DNA of 64,000 nt, from contig SMSO01000031.1 in the NCBI GenBank assembly GCA_004764695.1, positions 8,538,761-8,602,760 of the forward strand, read 5' to 3'. The notes beneath the pieces are model-generated. The model was not told the DNA's origin. It saw only the letters and a list, made by a program, of their open reading frames with translations, and searched no databases. The position numbers were made by a program, and so were the translations under genes. This DNA comes from Schizochytrium sp. TIO01 (Eukaryota > Protista > Bigyra: Labyrinthulomycetes). How positions within the stretch are numbered: the stretch's first letter is position 1; each line of letters starts with the position of its first letter. Shown in pieces: positions 1 through 10,017 of the stretch.

Positions 1-1069
1 GTATGTTCCAACTAACATATTTACAGCAAGAGTCGCTTAGCTTGTTTTTCTGTTAGTATTGTAATAATCCAAGGATTTGCCTATGAAAACGTCGGCAGGA
101 GTGAAAAAGTCAGAGAGTGTGCTTTTTATTTTCCCTCATGAAGCAATTTCCACTGCCCATAACTATCACGTAGTGAAGCAAACGCCTGGGGCTCTTTTCT
201 TTCTAAGTATTGCAGCGTCACCGTGGTGTTATAGTATCTATGCCCGGTGTCGAGGATGAATTCTTGATATTTTAGTGAGTTTAAAACTTGCTCGTTGCAC
301 AGCTTGCCATTTGTCCCAATGACTACACATAATTATAATTCCATATCAGGGGCTCCCAGACCATAATTCAGATTGTTCTACGCATTAAATCACTGGATTA
401 TAGGTGTTGTCGAAGAGATTCTTGTTGCTCTTGTCAATTTTAATATGTTTTTGTTAATTTAACATATTATGCCTCTTGTTGCCAATACAAAGTTCAAGTA
501 TACCTTTGACAGATACAGGATGATTTCAACGCTTAGAAGTGCATATTAAGACCCCTAGTGTAATTAATTCGTTATTAAATAGTAAGTAGCTTTCCCTTGA
601 GGTTTCTTTAAATATTTGTCCGCTTTTCCAAAACCACGCGCAAGATATCATGGTAATGGAAAAGCTGCACTCGTCAATGAGCCAAAATCGTCAACTCTTT
701 CTAGTAATAAAAAAAGCTAGGCTCTCTAGCTCTTTAAAGCAAATGCAACATGATCGTTATCAAAAACCTGCCTCGGTCAAATGTGCTCCTGGCTTCTAAA
801 AAGGTAAGATAATCAGAATTTGCCCACTCTCGGGAGTTCTTGAATTTCTAAAATCCTAGTACTTCACCACGATACATGACTGGGGCAAAGGCCCCAGATT
901 TGTACGACTAGCTGTTTTACCTTGTCCTTTCTTCCACTTGCTCACATTTTGCTATTCTTTTATTGGTTGCTACCACTTCCTTTCCTTGTTGTTCAATCGG
1001 CGGCCCGGTTATACTCATTTGATGACTTTGAATGGGGCGATATGCAGTAGCTAGTACTACTGAGTATAC

Positions 1070-1875
1070 CTACCTATGGGTAGTGTGGTGAGGATTATCA
1101 CACCGAACCAGACATGAAAGACACCTTCGCCGACACATAGGTCGAACTCCATGAAGACCAGTCTTGAAGTATTTATTTATTGGCGTCCTGCATAACGATA
1201 CTAATAAATTCGATGGGTGGAAAGAACTTGAGCGGTTGTTCTGCAAGGCCCCGCAAATAACTTGCGCTTCAAGTACTAATCTGTTCGGAAACTGAGCTGG
1301 GCAGAGCCCAGGTGGTGTCGCAATACCGGTGGCGTGTCTGGAATACACGCCACGCGTTCGCGCCCTTTGGCAAGTGCACAAGTAAGATAGCGCGAGCGAG
1401 GGCAGCTGGACGGCACTCTCCGAGGACACGCCTTTATCTCGAGGTTGATGGGATTTTTGCTTCAAGCCTCGAAGCGCTTCAAGTTCTCTACCACTGTCTT
1501 AAGCTGCCGAATACACAGTTCTTCTGTGGTGCGAAGAGAATTCACTGCTTCGGTCACCAACCTATGTAGAATTGCAGAGCAGAGCAGAGCAGGGCAGTGC
1601 ATTAGTGCAGTGCAGTAGGATGTTTGTTGCCCAGGAGCATACGCGTGAAACTCCTGCCTCCTTCCATGCTTTCGCATGACACGATGGTGATTGAGGTTGG
1701 CGGGTCCGCAGCGCGGCTGTGGCGAATGTCTTTCCAGCATGAGCTCGCAACCGACCTTCGAACCCCCCGTGGTATAGACGTGCGAGTCAGCAGCCGGGAC
1801 GGTGTGCCTTTCATTCTTCAAAACCGCTTTCATCAATCTTGAAGAGGCCCAGCACTGGTTCTTATGCACGCTCAT
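1070..1875 (-). pseudogene. Decayed gene fragment, possibly RhoGEF (DH domain), retaining an 81-nt intron (1642..1562)
   Basis: Minus strand has a GTATGC donor at 1642, CACTAAT branch site (1607-1601), pyrimidine tract and CATAG acceptor ending 1562. The spliced peptide RRQEFHALVTEAVNSLRTTEELCIRQLKTVVENLKRF resembles DH helix 1 (E-x-x-x-E-L-x-x-T-E-x-x-Y-x-x-x-L). It stops at TGA 1464-1462. Downstream, another frame gives LVSLCRTPINKY, weakly like the DH CR3 motif. Confidence 0.3.
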
Positions 1876-4220
1876 AGAAAGCAGAAGGACTCGCTCGCTG
1901 ACATTGAGGTGTAGTACCTAGCTAGTAATACTACCTTCGTTGATTGGGTTGATACCACCGCAGTTTGTCGGTTACTTTAGTTTCGCGATGGTCGACTTGG
2001 ATTGGAGTTTCTATAACATAGTTTCGTTCTGAATTATAAAATCATGGCACTGGGGCAGAGAGAGCCTTGAACCCTAAGAGCAATGTTGCTCTGGCATGGC
2101 ACTAAGCGTAGTTGTCGAGGCGGAGAGAATGCATGTTTGGTTCGCCTGCTTACTTCGCGATTGAATGAGCTCAATGCTCGCCTTGAATTGAATAGTACTT
2201 TCTAAAAGAGAAGATCTGAATCTCGAAGTTTACACGATGATGATTTCATCCAGGATTGCAGCAGACTCTTGAAGCATCTCCTCAGGTCGGATGGCTTTAT
2301 AGTTGGCAGCAGAAATGGAGAATACGAGCACCTTGCTTTTGTTCTCACCACGGTGGAAGATCAGCAATTTCTCCAGCCATCGCCTCAACTAATCATGTCC
2401 TCAGAATAAGTGGGTCACGCGCCAGTCCTTCAAGACAGTCAAAGTCTATTGTGCAGGCTCTTACAGCCTCAGACTGGCATGCCAGTGCGATAGCAATTTT
2501 ATTTTCACGCATTGCTTGAGATTGAAGAAGCCTGAAAGGGTAGGTAGGTAGGTAGTTCGAAAATTAGCTCTACCAACCCCACGGAACTTGAATTGAAAGA
2601 CCGTTGGAAATGGAACTTGAAGAGTTTAGTATAAATACTGACTACAGCATACTGGTCGAGGTAAGTTTTACTTCATTCTGCAGATGTATTTCAAAACGCT
2701 GGGCAGCAGGTCCAACTAGGTATTTTAGCCTTGTCTATTATCCTCCTCGCAGGAATTGCACATCATCGGTGCCACAAAATTCACTAGCCTAGATTTATCA
2801 GTTTATTTGGTTGTTACCTTGGTGCTTTAAAAACATGTTTTTATTATGAAATTAGTTTTATCCTATTAATAAGGGTAACTACTATTAGTACCTCTTACTG
2901 CTGCATTGACCCATCTACCGATCTGGTCATCAAAGATAGTATTTCTTGTCTGTTGTTTACCTGCTGTGCCACTATGTTAAAATTGATTATTGTAGTCTTT
3001 AGTGTAGTAACTAGTCACTTGTCCAGGCATGAATATTTGAATTGGATTTACCAACAGAACTTATTTTATAGTCATTTGCTACTACTACTACTTTGGAGAC
3101 TAACCTTGACCAGGTCTGCATTATATAACCCATCACAAAGAGCCGCAATTACTCCTCAAGATCTTTGCTGATCTTTTTTGGGAGGGAGGGTTGTTGTTGA
3201 GAAGATATTTACTATTATTTCTACCTGCTCGGTAGCATCGAATATCTTTTTCTTTTCTTTTTTTCAATTAAATTAATTTAAAAGAGCCACAGTAAAGCAT
3301 GTTCTTTTTTATAAGCTTTCACTTGTCAGAACGAACTCCTACCAACCCCTTTGGTTTGGTCAAGACTCAAGGTAAAACATCGCACCAGGAAAGTATAGAA
3401 AGGTTATAGTTTTCATATGTCAGACTCGCCATAAGTAACGAGTTTCTAGTTGAGTTTCTACCCAAGTAAGATTCATTTGAAACAGCAGTGCTTACTAGGT
3501 ATATATTGTAGGCATGTCTTGGGGCTACTGCCTCTACCCACTTTCATATTTTTTTAAATCAAAAGCTACAAGAACGCAAGCAATAGGTTGAGTAAATGTA
3601 TATAGCTAGAGCTGCACCTCAGGAGTTAGACACACTTTGTCCAGCTGCTCTGAACCTAAGAGTATGGCTAATAATTCCAACTCTTATGCCCTCAGTCTGG
3701 CAAGGATTGGAAGAGATTGTCCAGTTCCAATTACATTTTTCCAAGAGCCTCCCATCTATGAGCTTAATCTGGTCTTCCAAAATCTCCCAAGGCTGAAAGA
3801 CTCGGAGATGCTGAGATAAAAACCATTGTTCATACAACAAACAAACATGCAGTAGTACCTAGGTAATTCCTACGGATTGAAAGACCTTGTCTTCTGGGCC
3901 AGATCAGACCGCGAAGAGACTTGACCTCTGAAAGAAAGAAATCTGACAGTAAACCCCTAATTGTGCGGAGTAGTCACCAAATCGAAAGGCAGCTAGACCA
4001 CGATGAATGAGCAGCAAGGAGGCCTACCCTCTCCTAGACTTCAGATCGTTAGCTCCGGTTTCTCTATGAACGATAATGACAATGCAACACGATGGAGACT
4101 CATGTGTGAGCGTGCTTCGCTTCGGCCCGCTGCAATGAGAAGGCAGAGTAGCCTTTCCTGCAATCCTCAAGAGCCTACTAGCTACAGGCCAAGGCTGTAT
4201 ACAGAAGCAGTGCTACCTCG

Positions 4221-4655
4221 TTATGTCCCACCAGGCCAATCTTAACAGATTTTGTCCAATAGCTATTTGTACCATATGAAAAGTGTATTGGACTGTGCCA
4301 AAACAATACCTCTTCTTGAAAAACCATGAGAAGCTCCTCTGAACACATTTAAATGGCCAAGGAGTGGAGTGCAAGCATAATTAGTCTGCAATAAAGGATA
4401 ACTCAATACAAACTCTGTATAGAACATTGCTGTTAAACAGGACCCTATATAATATTGACTCTCCAGGCTATTTCTTAGGCTATTGTACACTTCAAACTTT
4501 TGAATCATTTGATAAAATGTCTGATCAAGTTGAACTCATAATCCTCAATTTCATACTCCCAGGCCTGTCTTCAAAGCTCCTTTCTCTGAGGTGTGGACTA
4601 AGCTTGCTTGGATTACTGATAAACATATAGTTATATCAGTTTAAATAATATTTTC
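4221..4655 (-). pseudogene. CpG-free decayed coding relic of unknown origin
   Basis: No CG dinucleotide in 4221-4655. One minus frame reads PQRKEL*RQAWEYEIEDYEFNLIRHFIK*FKSLKCTIA*EIAWRVNII, protein-like but interrupted by stops. Confidence 0.3.
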
Positions 4656-6604
4656 CGAGTTACATATACTTTCAAAAAAATAGGTTGCTTCTACGAGCTT
4701 GAGTTTCATTATAGTACAAGTGCATAGATTAACTTAACTTTGTGCAGGCTGTATATACTGTACCTGCACCGATATAAGGGGAAAATATTGAATATTGGCA
4801 CACTTTTAACGGATGGGTTTTTATCAACTAATGGTAAAAGTCTACACAAAATGCGTCCACTTCAACATATGCCAATTAGGCCATCTTCAAAGGTAGCAGT
4901 GATATCAATCAAACACGTCAAACACGTCAAAAATCAGACAGTACAAAGGCCTTGTAAGTCTGGTTTTAAATCTTGTCATTCCGTACTGATCATGTTGCTT
5001 TAGCAATTTGAACTTGACAGCGAATCAACTGAAGACAGGCAAGGCTAGTTATACAATCAATTGTGGTCCAGTTAGAATAGAGAAAGAAAGAAAGAAAGAA
5101 ATATCTTATAAATTTACACAGCATCCAAAGCATTGTGGTCCTTCAGCTTTCATTCTAAGGAACAATAATCATACTAGAGTAGGATAATCGTATCTATGAT
5201 ATGACCAGAATATATATACAAATAAATTGTGTTTCGCTCAATCTCTTGGTCTAGTTTTACTCCTCCAGCACGAAGAAAGGAAGGGATAAAAACGTGTCCT
5301 GTTCTACTTCGTCCTATAATATGAATAAGCGACAAATTTTATGTAATGGCATGCTTTCCCAACACTTACAAAAAACCCAGAACCCATACCTTTCGCAGTA
5401 AGCAACTAAATGCACTGCTTCTATCGACATGGCTATTCCCTTTATGACTATTAGCCCTTCCAATTCCTGCATCATTGTACCTATCCGTTAGAGCGTTGTG
5501 TGTTTCACCAGGACAGAACTGGTCCAAGAATTTCCTAACTTTAGTCCAAATTGCTCATGGCTAGTGTTTGGGCAAATATTCTTTTCTCATTGAAAAAAAA
5601 AGAAGACAGTGTTGAGCTTGAGTGGCTGGGGAAAGCTTTATAGCCTTCCCAGAACACTCCACGTTTTGTACTCGCCTTATGGAGGGGAAAGATAAGAAAG
5701 GAAGGGGGTTTTGCAAATGCTTGATTTGCTCTTTGTTTAAAACTATTTTCACCCTATTACGTTCAAGAATCACTGACTTTGCTCACGAAATAGCGCTCGA
5801 TAGAAATTAGTATGCTACTTTGATTAATGCACTCAATAAGTATATTGCGTGCAGAAGTTATACAGAGCAAAACCAACCAAACTGTTGGCCTTTTGTCTCC
5901 TATATTATTGTTCATCTTGCCCACTAGTCCCACCTCCATGATATTTTAGATCCGTTAAAATTAAGATCATACTTTGCAATTTGGCATGCCAAGTGGCCTG
6001 CGTATACTGGTCAAATGACCTGTTCCCCACACTAACACTCACCAATATACAACGCTAACATGATGCCCACATTCCTTCAGGTAAACCTGGACTCCGAGCC
6101 CGGGTCTCTCACTACTCACAGGGGATCTGAAGAACTACACCAAACCAAAAAACAACTTTATTGTGACTGTAAAGGTAGAATGGCAATAACTTGAGTGATC
6201 AGGGACTCAACATGCTTCCAAGTTTCTTTTGATTCAATCAATTTCTAAATTCACATACGTTACTGTTTTTACCTATCCAGCCTAAATATAAATTTAAGTA
6301 AGAGTCTTGACCAGCAAATGCTTCTTCCACAGCACCAATATCAGTTCTCACAAGGATATCTTGCACTGTGGCTTTGCAACATTACCTAGAATTTTACAAA
6401 GAAAAAACATTGAATTAGGTATTGTCTTCTTAGCTTAGGTGCAACTTCTTATGATGGACACCTGTTGTCCCCCCACGCTCTATGGTGGAGAAATCAAACC
6501 CTTAATCCCGATATACTTCAGTTGCGTTAAGCTCAGATATTTGCAGAGACTCAACAGAACTAACCTATCGATCTGATCTGAAGATTCTGTCAAAATTCCT
6601 GAAC

Positions 6605-7438
6605 ATGCTTGGTCTGCAGAAAACAACATTGACGCGTTTGTACCCCACCGAGGAGATCTGCATTGGGCCAGAGAGAAAAATCGTCCAGGGACGGCTTTTC
6701 ATAAAAACATTTGTCACTGAAACGAGCCAGGTGAAAGAGCTAGCTAAAAGGGAGATAAGGTTTCTAGAGCAGCTTGTAGACAACCCCTACGTCGTCAAAC
6801 TTATTGATGCTGACCTCCTTGAAATACCTCGATTGATCCTTGAACATTGTGAGCATGGAGATCTATATACAACAATTCAGGAAAAGGCCCCCATGTCGAA
6901 AGCACTTACTCAAAGTATTGCTGTACAAATCGCATCTGCGCTTGACTTCTTAGCAAATCAAAACATTGTTCACGGAGATGTAAAGCCTGAGCACATTGGA
7001 ATTACCAGCGATCAACAGATTAAACTTCTTGACTTTGCTTATGCTCAAGTACTTCAAGATAACGAAGAGGTAGCTGATCACGTTTCCGGCACACTCCCAT
7101 ATGCTAGTCCAGAAGTCCTTGAGTTCCGGCGCTGTGGACGAGCTTCCGATTGGTTTGCCTTGGGAATCATCACCTTTGAGATGCTTTTTGCAGCTCTTCC
7201 TTTTCAGGGTCGAGGTTATTCAGATGTAGACATTGTTCGCTGTATCTGCCGTGAACGTCCTCGCTTTCCTAAGAAGTATCAGTGCTCTGATGACGCTATA
7301 CAGTTGATTAAAGCACTTCTAAGAAAGGATCCACGTAGACGCTTACAAACCCTCTCAGAATTACAGGAGGCGCCTTGGTTCCATGGAGCTTCTCGGGACA
7401 CAAAGGATAAAAGGCTGATTCAGTCGGCTGATTCATAA
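6605..7438 (+). CDS. Divergent AGC-like Ser/Thr kinase (non-RD, HGDVKPEH, DFA); family member K1
   Basis: 277-aa ORF with beta3 Lys (LFIK), alphaC Glu (KREI), EHCEHGDL hinge, HGDVKPEHIGIT, DFA, GTLPYASPE, DWFALG, LLRKDPRRRL. Confidence 0.85.
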   Translation: MLGLQKTTLTRLYPTEEICIGPERKIVQGRLFIKTFVTETSQVKELAKREIRFLEQLVDNPYVVKLIDADLLEIPRLILEHCEHGDLYTTIQEKAPMSKALTQSIAVQIASALDFLANQNIVHGDVKPEHIGITSDQQIKLLDFAYAQVLQDNEEVADHVSGTLPYASPEVLEFRRCGRASDWFALGIITFEMLFAALPFQGRGYSDVDIVRCICRERPRFPKKYQCSDDAIQLIKALLRKDPRRRLQTLSELQEAPWFHGASRDTKDKRLIQSADS

Positions 7439-8358
7439 GTATAACATTCCTAGTTGAATCAAACGGGTTAGGCTGTTGAATTGGCATGATTTTGACACCC
7501 ACAAGAAGTTCAAATACAATCAAAGTCAGTTTTAGATAAAATTCAAATGTAGTACAGAGATTCAAAACAAAAAACGTTTACATGAATAGAGAAGGACTTT
7601 GTAAAACAATATATATTGAAAATAATGCAACAAGATTGATAATGAAGTAGGTTTTTCAACAAGAAGTAAACCTCCAAATAATAATTTCCTTGCTCTGATA
7701 TTTGCAAACCCACTAAAGCACAAAACTCGCCTTAATAATATGGCTCAATCTATCATTAATCGCAGAGACGTTCGCTTAAAGGTCGACCGGTTCAAAACAA
7801 AATCCTTATTGATTACATCAAATATTTGCTTAAAAGAATTCCAATCTAGAGAGCACTTAACATGCGCAGAGACAAAAAAAAAAACATCGTCTATTTGTCA
7901 AAATATCCGCAAAGCCCTTGTAGCACTATCTACTGCCACGCTTTTAGAAGTACTATGAACGCAATGTACAAGGCTTGCTAAGCCACGATCTATTGCAAAG
8001 ACAGTATTCGTCCGATTTTAGTAACGCAAGTTTCATGTAGAAATATTCAGCCAAAGGTTTTTAATGTCTGCTTGCGTTATTGAAAGAAGGCAAATCATTG
8101 TTGTCTATTTTGATCGTTCTCTAGTACACACCATTGATCGGGGACCTCCTGAGGACTCCCGTGGCTGGCCACCATTCATGATCTAGAGGTAGAGACCACA
8201 AGGTTTCTGTTTTCACTTGGAGCCAATTGCTCTTTATATTCGACAAATCTGAGGGGCAGGCTCTTGGCAGGCTTGCGTACCTGTTGACCCAGTTTGCATT
8301 AGCGAATATTGAATAACCCTAATCCTTGACGTTGCAAGCACTGATAAGTTAATCGAGG

Positions 8359-9870
8359 ATGTACCGCGATGCCTCGCGCGTCATGGAGCAGTTGCTAGCC
8401 CAGCAAGAGCGTCGTGGACCAGCTCGTGGTGAGAGCTTGCAACAGAAAGCACAGCAAGCTTCGCGGAAACGTGGCCGTAAATATGGTGCCCCTGCGAAGG
8501 TAGGGCTGAAATCGCTTGCTCTTGCGAGCAATGTCAAGAACAAGTCCAAGACGTTTGCTGTGGTCTGCGAAACTCTCAAGTACCGCGATGCCCTTGATGA
8601 AGTTATGCGTGGCGCCCACATCGAGCCAGACAAGCTTGCTCGAAGCGCAGGACTGCTCTATGTCATGTTGTATGACCACCTTTTTGGAAAGGGTATCAAA
8701 GGAGGAGGCGCCGTGAAACGTGCTATTCGAGAGAACGATGTGGCTCTCCGCAAATCACTCACCAAACTTATGCAAGAGAAAGGCGCAAGTACCAAGGAGG
8801 ATCTTCTCCCTGCGCACGTACGAAATGTTCCTAAGTTCCCACGATATGCGCGGGTTAATGAAGTGTTCACGACGGTTGAAAAGGTTCGTGCCGAGTTGGA
8901 TGAGGCATCACGTGCATCGTGCACGGTGGACAAGCATATTCCATGCCTTTTAAGGTTCCCCCATGGAACAGATCTTCACGATCACCCTCTTGTCCTGAAT
9001 GGAAGTATGATTCTTCAAGATAAAGCAAGTTGTCTCCCTGCAGAAGTTATTCGTCTCTTATGCTCTCAAGTTGCGGAGGATGGAAAGATACCTTTTGATG
9101 CTATCGATGCAACTGCAGCGCCCGGCAACAAAACTAGCCAGCTGGCTGCTGCTGGCTTTCGTCAAGTTTTTGCTTATGATAAAAGCGCTAGAAGGCTTGC
9201 GCTCCTAGAAAAACGTATGGAGCAAGCGCACGCTGACAAAATTGTTAAGGCCACGTGCCAAGATTTTCTCAGTGTAAAGGCAGATGAAGAAAAGTTAAAA
9301 GACGTTCGTGTTATCCTTCTAGACCCAAGCTGTTCAGGATCAGGTATGGTGGGTCGGGTTGACCACCTTCTTGATGCTCAAAACGCCTCGGACCCCAGTG
9401 AGAATGATGCCGATGAAAGCCAAGAAATAAATCAAAGTCGTCTTGAGCAACTGGCTAAATTCCAACTGGAGTGTCTTAACCATGCGCTAAGCTTTCCCCA
9501 AGTAGAATGCGTATCTTATTCAACATGCTCCGTACATAGTATCGAAAACGAAGCGGTGGTTGTTGCAGCACTTGAGGCACACCCTGAATTTACATTAGCC
9601 AGAGCGCTGCCGACGTGGTCGACACGAGGCCAGACATACAAAGGCTTGTCCGCAGATGCTGCTGAGCAACTAGTTCGTGCTGACCCTTCTAAGGACGAGA
9701 CTTCGGGGTTCTTTGTCTCCCTCTTTGTTCGGAAAACCTCCCCGCTTGCTGCTGGCGTGATGGACGTTGGGGCTTTAGAGCGGCGCAAGCAGAAGTTACG
9801 CGATCGTCGCAAGCGCCGTCGGAAGCAATCAAAGCCTGCTGCAGCAGAGGTGTCCACAGGATCTCCTTAA
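8359..9870 (+). CDS. NSUN5: 25S/28S rRNA cytosine-C5 methyltransferase (NSUN5/Rcm1)
   Basis: PRYARVN, LQDKASC, DATAAPGNKTSQLA, LLDPSCSGSG (motif IV), YSTCSVHSIENE (motif VI) and basic C-terminal NLS-like tail. Confidence 0.92.
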   Translation: MYRDASRVMEQLLAQQERRGPARGESLQQKAQQASRKRGRKYGAPAKVGLKSLALASNVKNKSKTFAVVCETLKYRDALDEVMRGAHIEPDKLARSAGLLYVMLYDHLFGKGIKGGGAVKRAIRENDVALRKSLTKLMQEKGASTKEDLLPAHVRNVPKFPRYARVNEVFTTVEKVRAELDEASRASCTVDKHIPCLLRFPHGTDLHDHPLVLNGSMILQDKASCLPAEVIRLLCSQVAEDGKIPFDAIDATAAPGNKTSQLAAAGFRQVFAYDKSARRLALLEKRMEQAHADKIVKATCQDFLSVKADEEKLKDVRVILLDPSCSGSGMVGRVDHLLDAQNASDPSENDADESQEINQSRLEQLAKFQLECLNHALSFPQVECVSYSTCSVHSIENEAVVVAALEAHPEFTLARALPTWSTRGQTYKGLSADAAEQLVRADPSKDETSGFFVSLFVRKTSPLAAGVMDVGALERRKQKLRDRRKRRRKQSKPAAAEVSTGSP

Positions 9871-10017
9871 TATGATGTTTATTTGTGCTGCTCATGAGAC
9901 TGAATCGTGAAATTACACTAAAGGTCTTATACTAATGTGTTTGACTCTCACATGAATAATTTGTTGTCATTCTGATAAAAAATAAGTATTCATAAATTAC
10001 ATAGGGGTTGTCTTGCT

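Noticed and set aside
6080-6146. tRNA-like sequence on the minus strand (TGGTGTAGTT...GACCCGGGCTCGGAGTCCAGG)
   Set aside because: No TTCGA T-loop, poor acceptor and anticodon stems; at best a decayed tRNA/SINE remnant. A tRNAscan-SE hit would be needed.
8315-8322. Telo-box-like AACCCTAA upstream of NSUN5
   Set aside because: Not found upstream of BMS1 or RRP1, and also present in non-promoter DNA (2070); compatible with chance.
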